Source of the DNA: an uncultured Rickettsiales bacterium
Lineage (GTDB): Bacteria; Pseudomonadota; Alphaproteobacteria; CAJXXZ01; CAZLVD01
Reading direction: 5' to 3'
DNA length: 39,601 nucleotides
Assembly (NCBI GenBank): GCA_964563095.1
Contig: CAZLVD010000001.1
Coordinates: 50,703 to 90,303 of the forward strand
In this document: in pieces, positions 27,982 to 37,060 of the stretch
How positions within the stretch are numbered: position 1 is the first letter of the stretch
How the letters are laid out: every line of letters starts with the position of its first letter
Position numbers and translations under genes: made by a program
Notes under the pieces: generated by a model
Database searches by the model: none
The model's input: only the letters and a program-made list of their open reading frames with translations
What the model was told of the DNA's origin: nothing

Positions 27982-28347
27982 TTATGCCTGTAAGAAATCA
28001 AAATTTGCATCAGCTGGAAGGAAAATCATAGCTTTCTTGATCTTACCTGTATTTACTTCTACTGTTTTATACTTACTTCCTGCACGCTTTCTTAATGATT
28101 TCGTTTTACCTGGCAATGTCACAGTATTTACAGCTAATGGTTTGATATTAAACAAATTTTCGAAAGATGTTTTGATAGCTAATTTTGTAGCATCCAACTG
28201 TACTTGTACAACATACACTTTACGATTACCTAAATCATAAGCCTTTTGTGTGCTCCATGCGCCTATAAAAAGACTTTGTTGCCAATGATTAGAATAACGT
28301 TTTGCTTGCTCATTTTTCAAAGCTTTGATATATTTTGGCATAGTCAT
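27982..28347 (-). CDS. rplW: 50S ribosomal protein L23
   Basis: VVQVQLDATKLAIKTSFENLFNIKPLAVNTVTLPGKTK...KKAMIFL matches the L23 core (v..V...AtK.eIK.a.e.lF.vkv..VNT....GK.k...wKKA.V.L). Confidence 0.85.
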   Translation of the reverse strand: MTMPKYIKALKNEQAKRYSNHWQQSLFIGAWSTQKAYDLGNRKVYVVQVQLDATKLAIKTSFENLFNIKPLAVNTVTLPGKTKSLRKRAGSKYKTVEVNTGKIKKAMIFLPADANFDFLQA

Positions 28348-28430
28348 ATTAACCTACTTCAGTAACAAGTATATATGATTTCATGTTTTTTACAATGATA
28401 TTTTATCAAAAATCAGCCTATATCTAGTTC

Positions 28431-28678
28431 TCAGTGATATCCATGTTGTAATCTATGAGTTATCATGATGGAGTGATCTGATAGGGATGATGCTGCAGGA
28501 TCTATGGAGTGAGATCAGGATACATGTATTTTATTGTAAAATCTTTATATGATCTCAGTGATATCCATGTTGTAATATATGAGCTATCATGATGTAGTGA
28601 TCTGATAGGGATGATGCTGCAGGATCTATGGAGTGAGATAAGTATACATGTATTTTATTGTAAAATCTTTATATGAGC
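28431..28678. repeat. Tandem duplication, 124 bp x 2 (about 95% identical)
   Basis: TCAGTGATATCCATGTTGTAAT... starts at 28431 and at 28555, with about 6 mismatches. It lies between the tRNA-Arg(ACG) 3' end and the rplW start. Confidence 0.9.
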
Positions 28679-28690
28679 TCTTGTAATACA

Positions 28691-28763
28691 CACGCTTGAG
28701 ATGATTCGAACACCCAACCTTTGCATCCGTAGTGCAATGCTCTATCCGTTGAGCTACAAGCGT
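28691..28763 (-). tRNA. tRNA-Arg (anticodon ACG)
   Basis: Hand-folded 73-nt cloverleaf. Acceptor ACGCTTG/CAAGCGT, D arm GCTC-AACGGATA-GAGC, anticodon arm TTGCA-CTACGGA-TGCAA, T arm GGGTG-TTCGAAT-CATCT (two G-T pairs). Confidence 0.85.
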
Positions 28764-28855
28764 ATCAATATTATTGTAATACATTTTACTATCTGCTGCA
28801 AGTTCAAAATTATAATATCATAATAAAAAATTTGCAGACTGATTGAAGCTTTATT

Positions 28856-29512
28856 ATGAATAAAATATGTTATCATGAAAAATTATTCGCATGTTGCATG
28901 TTTTCACAATCTTTTGTTTTTTTATTTAAACTAGTGCATGCTAGATATGACTATACTGATGGTCGCTGGTATTGTAATTACTCACCAAATTTATATACAT
29001 TCGATTTACTGAATGAACAAGGTGTATCATTGAGATTATCACAGAGACATACTTTAAAACATTCAAGTCCGTTTTATTGGGATTTACCTGTTGCGTCATG
29101 GGAATATTATCTAAATACAAAAGATGCTTCGACTCCATGTATGATGCTTGCTGGTATATATTTCTTGCGATACTTCAGTCAGAGATATTATAACTATTTT
29201 ACCAAGAGATACAGTGATATTAATGCTAAAACTGACAAAACTGAAGAAGACATGAAATTTAAATCTAGAAGCATGTATATAGAAATTGGATTATTAATAT
29301 TAAGCTTGCGTCTGTATTCGATAGGACATGAATTTCATAGAACTGCAAGAACAATGAAAAGATATTATTTCGGGGTTTGTCTCAAATGGTTTGCTGCTTT
29401 GTTATTCTGGTCATTGATAGAAATAGAATATTATAAGTTCTATAAATGTAAATCAATAAGTGCAGCAGATACAGTATCTTCTACTACACCTGATAATATA
29501 TCAAATACTTAA
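28856..29512 (+). CDS. Hypothetical membrane protein (ORFan)
   Basis: 218-aa ORF, aromatic-rich, with about 3 hydrophobic segments. No family recognised. Confidence 0.45.
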   Translation: MNKICYHEKLFACCMFSQSFVFLFKLVHARYDYTDGRWYCNYSPNLYTFDLLNEQGVSLRLSQRHTLKHSSPFYWDLPVASWEYYLNTKDASTPCMMLAGIYFLRYFSQRYYNYFTKRYSDINAKTDKTEEDMKFKSRSMYIEIGLLILSLRLYSIGHEFHRTARTMKRYYFGVCLKWFAALLFWSLIEIEYYKFYKCKSISAADTVSSTTPDNISNT

Positions 29513-29523
29513 TCTTGTAAAAA

Positions 29524-30063
29524 TTATACAAATTTCTTATCTAGATGTTCTGTTATATTTTCTAATACTTTTGAATCTATACTGAGCATAAATTTATATG
29601 TGACTTTTTGCCAATCTTCAAGACGTACATGATCTAGTAGATATTTAGATAAATCACCATTTGGACCAGGATGTCCGACTCCAATTTTTACCCTATAAAA
29701 TCCCGAACCGAAATGTGCAATCATATTTCTTAGTCCATTATGTCCTTTAGCACTTCCATCTTTACTAATTTTGATTACTCCTGGATTTATCATAGCCTCA
29801 TCATGTAATGCAACGATATCTTCGGTATTAAATTTATACTTATATTGTATTGCTTTAAGAGTTTCTCCGCTACTATTGATATTTAAGCGATTTGAATAAG
29901 TATATATAATATTCTCTTTTTTATATATCATATATTCTTTAGTCTCTTCAAAAGTCCAAGACTGCTGTTCTGCTATTAATTTGAGACATTCCGCTCCAAT
30001 GCTATGCCATGTACGATTATATTGTTTTTCTGGATTACACAAACCAAAAATGACTTTATACAT
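29524..30063 (-). CDS. pth: Peptidyl-tRNA hydrolase
   Basis: VIFGLCNPEKQYNRTWHSIG (cf GLGNPG..Y..TRHN.G), HDEAMINPGVIKISKDGSAKGHNGLRNMI (cf HDDLDL..G..r.K.gGG..GHNGLkSi) and RVKIGVGHPG. Start placed at MYKVIFGL (30063); the ORF extends to 30126. Confidence 0.85.
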   Translation of the reverse strand: MYKVIFGLCNPEKQYNRTWHSIGAECLKLIAEQQSWTFEETKEYMIYKKENIIYTYSNRLNINSSGETLKAIQYKYKFNTEDIVALHDEAMINPGVIKISKDGSAKGHNGLRNMIAHFGSGFYRVKIGVGHPGPNGDLSKYLLDHVRLEDWQKVTYKFMLSIDSKVLENITEHLDKKFV

Positions 30064-30215
30064 GAAATAGTCTAGCATAGAAATGACTTTATATATGAGA
30101 GTAGAATGTTTGTTGGATATTATCATTCATCAGCAGTACAGTCTATACATAAGCGATACAATATAACGAATCCATGTAGATTGATCAGTACTCCATGTGG
30201 ATAGAGTAGTGTTCG

Positions 30216-31301
30216 TTATTGCTGCAGATATTTCAATGCTTTCATGGCAGCTGTACAGCCTGTGCCAGCAGCAACCACAGCTTGTTTACCTAAATGATGG
30301 GATTCTTCTATTACATCCCCAGCAGCGTATAATCCAGATATATCTGTCTCGACTGTATTTGAAGTGTGAATATATCCACTGGAATCCAATGTCAGTAAGT
30401 CTTTTACAAAATTTGTATTAGGTTCATGTCCTACTGCCAAGAATATTCCATCAAGCTGAATGTCTTTTTCAGTATTATCTAATATATTTTTGATTTTTAG
30501 CCCAGTAATTTCATTGTTATTATGTATTAATTCAGATGCAATACTATGCCATTCATAACGTATGTTTTTAGCTGCAAATAACGCATCTTGCATAATTTTT
30601 TCAGCACGTAATGTATCTCTACGATGGATTAATATGACTTCTTTAGCAAGTTTAGATAAATATAATGCTTCTTCTACAGCTGTATTGCCGCCCCCAATAA
30701 CGGCTACTGTCAAGCCTCTATACGCAAATCCGTCGCATGTAGCGCATGTAGATACTCCATTGCTTTTAAATCTATCAATATCTGGTAAATCTAACCAGCG
30801 AGCTCGCGATCCTGTAGCTATAATGACAGCTTTAGCATAATATACAGATTGCACTGCAGTGACTTTAAATACATGAGAATTGCCAGCTGTATCATGAGAT
30901 GTTTGATCAGCTTTTACATCAGCACAAATAGATACATTGACTGATGACTCGCATGATATAGATGAATCAGTTTGACATTGTACTGTAACGTTGGTAGCGT
31001 CTTGATTTAGTTGCATGAATGGTCCTTGAGAGACTTGTTCTATACTAGTCACATAATCTATAACAAATTTTGCTCCAAATTGTTTACATTGTGCTGTCAT
31101 TTTGTCTATTAATTCTGGTCCAGATGATATAATGCCTGGATAATTTTCTACACTATGAGTGAGCATAAGTTGTCCGCCAGGTTCTTGTCCTGATATTACA
31201 AGTGTATTTGCATATCCTCTAGCGGCATATAAAGCTGCTGTCAATCCAGCTGGTCCTGATCCTAAAATAAGTATATCTATTATTTCTGAATGCGTATTCA
31301 T
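30216..31301 (-). CDS. trxB: Thioredoxin reductase, with a ~48-aa lineage-specific insertion
   Basis: FAD motif ILGSGPAGLTAALYAAR, redox centre CATCDG, NADPH motif VIGGGNTAVEEALYL, C-terminal AAGD......Q...A.G.GC.AA. An extra Cys/Ser-rich segment lies between the FAD and NADPH domains. Confidence 0.92.
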   Translation of the reverse strand: MNTHSEIIDILILGSGPAGLTAALYAARGYANTLVISGQEPGGQLMLTHSVENYPGIISSGPELIDKMTAQCKQFGAKFVIDYVTSIEQVSQGPFMQLNQDATNVTVQCQTDSSISCESSVNVSICADVKADQTSHDTAGNSHVFKVTAVQSVYYAKAVIIATGSRARWLDLPDIDRFKSNGVSTCATCDGFAYRGLTVAVIGGGNTAVEEALYLSKLAKEVILIHRRDTLRAEKIMQDALFAAKNIRYEWHSIASELIHNNNEITGLKIKNILDNTEKDIQLDGIFLAVGHEPNTNFVKDLLTLDSSGYIHTSNTVETDISGLYAAGDVIEESHHLGKQAVVAAGTGCTAAMKALKYLQQ

Positions 31302-31445
31302 AGTGTTATATTACAAGATTTTCATATGTAAGTGAATCTCATTTATCAAAAAAGTATGAAGGAATAGCAAGAATATGTAATTTCTCTATCTTTCTTATCA
31401 TGCTATAAATTTACATTTAGCTTGTTTAATGATAATATGTGTTAG

Positions 31446-31518
31446 GCCCAAGTAGCTCATTCGGCAGAGCAGCTGTTTCGTAATCAGCAGGTAGAGTGTT
31501 CAAATCACTTCTTGGGCA
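31446..31518 (+). tRNA. tRNA-Thr (anticodon CGT)
   Basis: Hand-folded 73-nt cloverleaf. Acceptor GCCCAAG/CTTGGGC, D arm GCTC-ATTCGGCA-GAGC, anticodon arm GCTGT-TTCGTAA-TCAGC (one T-T at 31-39), T arm GAGTG-TTCAAAT-CACTT. Confidence 0.8.
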
Positions 31519-31521
31519 GTA

Positions 31522-31541
31522 TTCAAATCACTTCTTGGGCA
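31522..31541 (+). repeat. Exact 20-nt duplicate of the tRNA-Thr 3' end, 3 nt downstream of the tRNA
   Basis: TTCAAATCACTTCTTGGGCA occurs at 31499-31518 (T loop through discriminator) and again at 31522-31541. Confidence 0.9.
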
Positions 31542-31641
31542 ATATTTCTATTAGTCACCTGTCTCTACATATACCCATATCCAGCACCTCACACTCTATC
31601 GATACAGTTCACAGATTTCGCTAAAAATGTTATATTAATAT

Positions 31642-33423
31642 ATGTTACAACTTTTGCAATCAAATATCATTCAAACAATTCTTCAAATTTATCCTAATAA
31701 TAATGATATAATCCAGACGTTACAATTACATGCGATTGATCAAAAATTCGGAGACATAGCGTTGAATATAGGTTATTTATTATGTAAAGCTACAGGCGAA
31801 AATATTCTTGATGTAAATAAAAAGCTTTGCTCTTCCTTAAATGCGTTAATAGATGTCAAATCTGTAGAGATTGTTAATGGTTTTATCAATATTAGACTTA
31901 CAGAAGAGTTTTATAGAGAGATGGCAAAAGATATTTTACAGAAAAAGAATACATACGGTTTTAAGTCTAAAAATAATATTATAGTCAATTTTGATTTTGC
32001 ATCCATGAATCCTACAGGTCCTATGCATGCTGGTCATTTAAGCTCAGCGATTTTATCTGATACATTATGTAATATTTTTACCTCTCAAGGTTATACAGTT
32101 CAGCGTGAGTATTACATCAATGATACAGGAGGGCAGATAGAACGTTTAGTGAAAGCTGTACATGGTCGTTATGCTGAATTATTTGGTATACATACAGATG
32201 AGGATAAAGAGTATATAGGTGAATATTTAATACCTGTAGCCGAAGCAATCAAGAATGAGCATGGCGATAAATGGTTACAAAGCGAGTTTGATGAGTATTA
32301 TGAAATTTTTAGAGCTACAGCTGTGGATATGTTACTTGCTGATATTAAAAATGATTTAGCTGATCTTGGTATTAAGCATGATATATATTTTAGCGAACAT
32401 AAAATGTCTAAAAGCGGCGATATCAAATTAGCTTATGATTTATTGTTACAGAAAGGTATGGTGAAGAAACAGATACTGGCAAGACCTACAGATTGGCAAG
32501 GTGAATATATTCCTTTAGCTATCGATGGACTAGAATTAGATAATCAATTTAGACCTTTATTCAAACGTGATGGTTCGCATACGTATCTCATGGGAGATAT
32601 TGCTAATCATCTAAATAGAGTAGGGCGTGCAAATGTATTATTAGATTGCTTTGGAGCCGATCATTTTGAACATGCGAATATGTTAAAAGATATCATGATG
32701 CAATTATGCGGTAAGACTAATAATGATGCGAATAATATCGTCGAGATGCATAATGAGAAATTTATGAAATTAGATATTAAATTATGTCAGATGGTGAAAT
32801 TTCAACAGGATGGTAAAGCTGTGAAGTTTTCTAAACGAGCAGGTACATATGTGACAGTACGTGATATTCTGGATGCGGTAGGTAAAGATGCAATACGATT
32901 AACTATGCTCTCGCGTAAATCAAGTGTACATTTTGTGGCTGATTTAGGAAATATGCTACGTATAGATGATAATAATCCGGTATTTTATATACAGTATGCC
33001 TATGCTCGTTGTTGTTCAGCATTATCGAGAATCAATATGGAGACTGTAGCGCAAAAGATTAATGTAATAAGCTCTGACACATTATGCGATGAGTTTATAC
33101 AAGAGAAACATGTAAGAGCTTTGCTGAATAAAATGTTATTTTGGCCACAAATGCTTGAACAGTGTATGCATACACTTGAGTCACATACATTATTAGCATA
33201 TGTACAAGAGATGGCTAAAACCTTTCATAGTATCTGGTATCATGGTACTTCTATTCCCATTCTGCAATTAACTCGTGAACAAAATGGATATTATCCAGGT
33301 ATTGTATTATGTAATATGTTTCAGAATGTATTTGGTACTGGGTTAAATTTATTAAATGTTACAGCTTTAGAGAGTATGGGTCGTCATGATAGTGCTGATA
33401 AAACATCTACTTCAGACAAATAA
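31642..33423 (+). CDS. argS: Arginine--tRNA ligase
   Basis: 593 aa. Class I HIGH-type motif (SMNPTGPMHAGHLSSAI), ArgRS-like catalytic core and a C-terminal anticodon-binding (DALR-type) region (VFYIQYAYARCCS). Confidence 0.9.
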   Translation: MLQLLQSNIIQTILQIYPNNNDIIQTLQLHAIDQKFGDIALNIGYLLCKATGENILDVNKKLCSSLNALIDVKSVEIVNGFINIRLTEEFYREMAKDILQKKNTYGFKSKNNIIVNFDFASMNPTGPMHAGHLSSAILSDTLCNIFTSQGYTVQREYYINDTGGQIERLVKAVHGRYAELFGIHTDEDKEYIGEYLIPVAEAIKNEHGDKWLQSEFDEYYEIFRATAVDMLLADIKNDLADLGIKHDIYFSEHKMSKSGDIKLAYDLLLQKGMVKKQILARPTDWQGEYIPLAIDGLELDNQFRPLFKRDGSHTYLMGDIANHLNRVGRANVLLDCFGADHFEHANMLKDIMMQLCGKTNNDANNIVEMHNEKFMKLDIKLCQMVKFQQDGKAVKFSKRAGTYVTVRDILDAVGKDAIRLTMLSRKSSVHFVADLGNMLRIDDNNPVFYIQYAYARCCSALSRINMETVAQKINVISSDTLCDEFIQEKHVRALLNKMLFWPQMLEQCMHTLESHTLLAYVQEMAKTFHSIWYHGTSIPILQLTREQNGYYPGIVLCNMFQNVFGTGLNLLNVTALESMGRHDSADKTSTSDK

Positions 33424-33472
33424 TTTTCTATAAAATTAATGAACTTTTTAACATCTTATATTAATCTACTGT

Positions 33473-34456
33473 GTGCGTACTTTAATATTGTTAAGTTTAC
33501 ATCTTTGCAGTATAGCGGTTATTAAACAGAAGAATCATGTGCGTTTTATGAATATTAATAAGACTCAGCACGTATCATTAAAACAGAAGCTAAAATATAA
33601 AAGAGATCATACTAAAACTGTTATATGTAATCATAAAAAGAAAGCGATAGTGATTGCAGGTGCTGTAGGATTAGGATTAATAGTAAAAAATATTCTAATG
33701 AAGAGTAGCATTGAGAGTCAAATACTCGAAGAATACAACGATAATGATTATATACTCGAAACAGCAATGAGATCTGAAAACAGAACTGATCTTGGTATGA
33801 CAGAGTCATCTTTCTACAGAACTGAAATTACCCGAAAGGATTATCAAAAAGAGGTCAATAAACAATATATAGGTATTATTATTCAGTATTTAACTGATGT
33901 ACATAATATCATAAGCTCCAAGAAGTTGTTTCTATTCAAAATGCACGAATTAATTTGGGGAGATATGCGTACAAGAGGTCTATGCTTAGTAGGTATTTTA
34001 AATAATCATTATTTTACATTAATCTCATATCCAGATGCATTAGTACAGATGGAATTGAATAAAAAGAGAGCTAATTACGATGAGGATATTCGAGTATTCA
34101 TGGAGGAAAAAGAAAATTTTTCTAAAATATTTCGTACTCTTTCTACTCAATTAATACGCATATATCAGAGAGGTTTGCAAGTAATGAAGAGACATGATGC
34201 ATTTCGATATGATGCTCATGGTATTATACATCCTAATATGACAAAGCTAATCAAAAATCGTAAGAATATTTACACAAACTTGAAAAACATTATAGCTAAT
34301 GCTGTAGAAATTTTTGCGCGAGATGAATTTAAATGGGGTTTAGCTATATTGATACATTATCCTGAAATACATGAATTAGCAGAAAAATTAGCACCAAAGA
34401 AAAAACAGAAATGGCTGGAAGAAAATAAAGAGATATTATCAAAGAAAAAATATTAA
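33473..34456 (+). CDS. Hypothetical membrane-anchored protein (ORFan)
   Basis: 327-aa ORF with one clear TM (AIVIAGAVGLGLIV) and a Lys-rich C-terminus. No family recognised. Confidence 0.5.
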   Translation: MRTLILLSLHLCSIAVIKQKNHVRFMNINKTQHVSLKQKLKYKRDHTKTVICNHKKKAIVIAGAVGLGLIVKNILMKSSIESQILEEYNDNDYILETAMRSENRTDLGMTESSFYRTEITRKDYQKEVNKQYIGIIIQYLTDVHNIISSKKLFLFKMHELIWGDMRTRGLCLVGILNNHYFTLISYPDALVQMELNKKRANYDEDIRVFMEEKENFSKIFRTLSTQLIRIYQRGLQVMKRHDAFRYDAHGIIHPNMTKLIKNRKNIYTNLKNIIANAVEIFARDEFKWGLAILIHYPEIHELAEKLAPKKKQKWLEENKEILSKKKY

Positions 34457-34629
34457 TCATGATATTAATTTAATCGATGAGTTTTGCAGTAATATCACGT
34501 TTTTTCATGTATTTTGCCATGGAATCTTAAACTGTATACTATCAGGTATTATTTAGAATATTAACATTCAATGAGCTTTATTAATATTTTTTTAAGCTTT
34601 AAAATGAACTATTAAGTTTAGGAGAATCA

Positions 34630-35334
34630 ATGAGATGTTTATTAGTTGATGATGATGTATGTATGAGTAATGGTCTGTTAGCCAGATTAAAAGCTCGTGA
34701 CATGTTGTGTGATGCGGTGCACACTGGTACAGATTGTTTAAAACAGGTGTTTTTACATAAGTACGATATTATTATTTTGGATATTATGTTACCAGATATG
34801 AGTGGGCAAGATTTATTGAAGCGCTTAAGAAGAAATGGTATTACTTCACCTGTGTTAATGTTATCTAGTTTATCTAATGTAAATGAAAAAGTGAAAGGTT
34901 TTAATCATGGAGCTGATGATTATTTAGTTAAGCCATTTGATACAGCTGAATTTTTTGGCCGTGTAGATGCGCTGATTCGTCGTTCAAAAGGTCATTGTGA
35001 TACAATAATTAATATTGGTCTGATGGCTATTAATTTGAAAGATAAAATTGTTACAATCTCAGATAAATCATTATCATTGACCAAGAAAGAGTATGCGATA
35101 TTAGAATTATTAGCATTGCACAAAGGCGCTACTATAGATAAAGATGTATTCTTTAGTCACTTATATTCAGGCTTACATTCTCCAGAAATAAAGATCATAG
35201 ATGTGTTTGTGTGTAAGATTAGAAATAAGATGCAGGCTATATTAGGATATGATCCTGGGTATATTAAAACTGTTTGGGGTAGAGGTTATAGTTTAGATGA
35301 TTCAGAAGTAACACCTCTACGTGATATTGCTTAA
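34630..35334 (+). CDS. ctrA: Cell-cycle response regulator CtrA (OmpR family)
   Basis: Receiver domain (LLVDDD...YDIIILDIMLPDMSG...GADDYLVKPF). The DNA-binding domain is near-identical in pattern to CtrA (LTKKEYAILELLALHKGATIDKDVFFSHLYSG...PEIKIIDVFVCKIRNK...IKTVWGRGYSL). Confidence 0.9.
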   Translation: MRCLLVDDDVCMSNGLLARLKARDMLCDAVHTGTDCLKQVFLHKYDIIILDIMLPDMSGQDLLKRLRRNGITSPVLMLSSLSNVNEKVKGFNHGADDYLVKPFDTAEFFGRVDALIRRSKGHCDTIINIGLMAINLKDKIVTISDKSLSLTKKEYAILELLALHKGATIDKDVFFSHLYSGLHSPEIKIIDVFVCKIRNKMQAILGYDPGYIKTVWGRGYSLDDSEVTPLRDIA

Positions 35335-35554
35335 TACATTTTTGCTAAGATATGAATATTCGTTTGTGATTTTGAGAAGATACATATGCATAATCTTAAT
35401 AACATAAACTATAGACGCATATTATAGATCTTATATAATGTAATACTGATTATGATTAGAGCATGACACGATGATAATTATAATAATCAATATTAAACTA
35501 AAAAACATATGAGATGAGATATAACATGTGAGTATAGATTATTCTTGAGCTTGT

Positions 35555-37051
35555 TTAGCCTCTTGATTCAGTGTTAGCATTGTTATTTGTAGTCTTTTCA
35601 ATATATTGTATACCTGCGAGCCAATCTATACATTTTCTCGGGAATGATCTATTATTAATATTTTCAGATAATTCCTGTTGTAGAGTTGGAGCTAACTCTC
35701 TCATGAAATCTCTATATGACATATTTGTCTTTTTTAGCAATCGATCGTATATCTCTGGATATTTTTCTCTTGAAATATTATTTAATTGAAATGTACTTAT
35801 TTTTTGTTCATTGGTAATATGATCTATATGTAATCTTGTAAATCTACTTGCTAAGATATTGTTCATTGCTTTATGAGGATAGTTTGTTGTGAATACAAAA
35901 ATAATATTATGATTAGGATCAGTTGAATCTAATAGATTGGATATGAATTTAGCCTTATGATTGTTTATATCAGCAGTAATATTAGCTGCAGGAGTTGTAA
36001 CATATGTCTGATAATACTGTGGATCCGATACTAATTTATCATCAGTTGTAGTAGGACTTGCATTATATAATAAGTTTCCACGAATGTCTAGATATCTATC
36101 ACATTCATCCATCAGTACTACTATCGGTCTAGATTGAGCACGGTTTCTGATATACTTCATAAATTTCATAAAATTAGCTGTATTCATGTTATTTTGTGTC
36201 TCTGTATCACTTAATGCCGCACTTTGCATAAAATTCTTCATCATATTGACAGCACCAGTAGGCTCATGATATTCAAATAATTCAGCTCTTAACTGGTTAG
36301 CCATACATTGTGCGAAGAATGTTTTACCTGTGCCTGGAGGTCCCATGAGCATAAAAGATCTTACGCTTTTGTTTGGTTGAGCTGGTACTCTTCCTATAAA
36401 TCTATCTATCCATGAGCTACGTTCTGCAATTATTTGATTATAGCCAGCTATACCAGCCTTCTGACATTCAGGATTTAAGCCTCCATCAGTTATCTTTAAA
36501 CTATGACGTATCTTACTTGCTACAGGTTTATCCTGATATTCTTGCCAAGCATTCCATACTTTTATAGTACCTAGCGAAGTGATAATAAACATTAAACCTG
36601 GAGATTTTTGAAGTTTATCGATTACTTGACATGTAGCTGTGAATTTATTTGAATTCCATTGATTATACAATTCTTTTATTTCTGTAGTTATAGATTTAGG
36701 CTGTGGTTTTGTAGGAGTTTGCAATAATTTAGCTATGGTATTTAGAGCTACTATTAATTCATCTCTATTCAGATTTGTAGCCTGATTCATATGATTTGTC
36801 ATAGCTTGTGTTTTATTATCAGAACTCTGCGCTATATTATTGTTAGATTGTGTTGGTTCGATTATTTGCGCTTTATCTGTCGTATTGTTCACAGATTGAT
36901 TGTTAATGTTCTGCTTTTTTATAGTAGTTTTTTTTAGCTTTTTTGTTGTGATATCTGTTGGTGTTTCTGTAGATTGACTAGCATTTGCCAAGCAAATAGC
37001 ATATAATAAGATTTTGTCATGCATACTGTAGTATACTGCACATAATCTCAA
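35555..37051 (-). CDS. AAA+ ATPase with signal/anchor-like N-terminus and low-complexity linker (ORFan architecture)
   Basis: Walker A (LMGPPGTGKT), Walker B (IVVLMDECD), sensor-1-like FVFTTN and an arginine motif (LASRF). The N-terminus MHDKILLYAICLANASQS is followed by an N/Q/T/K-rich stretch. It starts 9 nt after the ruvC stop. Confidence 0.75.
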   Translation of the reverse strand: MRLCAVYYSMHDKILLYAICLANASQSTETPTDITTKKLKKTTIKKQNINNQSVNNTTDKAQIIEPTQSNNNIAQSSDNKTQAMTNHMNQATNLNRDELIVALNTIAKLLQTPTKPQPKSITTEIKELYNQWNSNKFTATCQVIDKLQKSPGLMFIITSLGTIKVWNAWQEYQDKPVASKIRHSLKITDGGLNPECQKAGIAGYNQIIAERSSWIDRFIGRVPAQPNKSVRSFMLMGPPGTGKTFFAQCMANQLRAELFEYHEPTGAVNMMKNFMQSAALSDTETQNNMNTANFMKFMKYIRNRAQSRPIVVLMDECDRYLDIRGNLLYNASPTTTDDKLVSDPQYYQTYVTTPAANITADINNHKAKFISNLLDSTDPNHNIIFVFTTNYPHKAMNNILASRFTRLHIDHITNEQKISTFQLNNISREKYPEIYDRLLKKTNMSYRDFMRELAPTLQQELSENINNRSFPRKCIDWLAGIQYIEKTTNNNANTESRG

Positions 37052-37060
37052 TATACAATC

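Noticed and set aside
27866-28240. 124-aa plus-strand ORF; also 26885..27124 and 27331..27519
   Set aside because: These are antisense or alternative-frame ORFs within rplW and rplB, which are clearly the real genes.
3220-28678. Possibility that the spacer repeats are CRISPR arrays
   Set aside because: Every repeat has only two directly abutting or closely spaced copies, with no repeat-spacer-repeat periodicity. Unit sizes (78-124 bp) are wrong for CRISPR, and no cas genes are present.
31302-31641. Integrated mobile element at tRNA-Thr
   Set aside because: The duplicated tRNA 3' end is present, but the two copies are adjacent with no cargo. No integrase, transposase or IS ends are visible anywhere in the window. 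I report it only as a possible scar.
31512-31697. 61-aa plus-strand ORF overlapping the tRNA-Thr duplicate and the argS start
   Set aside because: It starts inside the tRNA 3' end and overlaps argS in another frame. No support.
35555-37051. AAA+ gene after ruvC as a divergent ruvB or ruvA-ruvB fusion
   Set aside because: The ~230-aa N-terminal region does not resemble RuvA. The AAA module lacks RuvB-specific motifs and the C-terminal winged helix as far as I can judge. I keep it as an unclassified AAA+.
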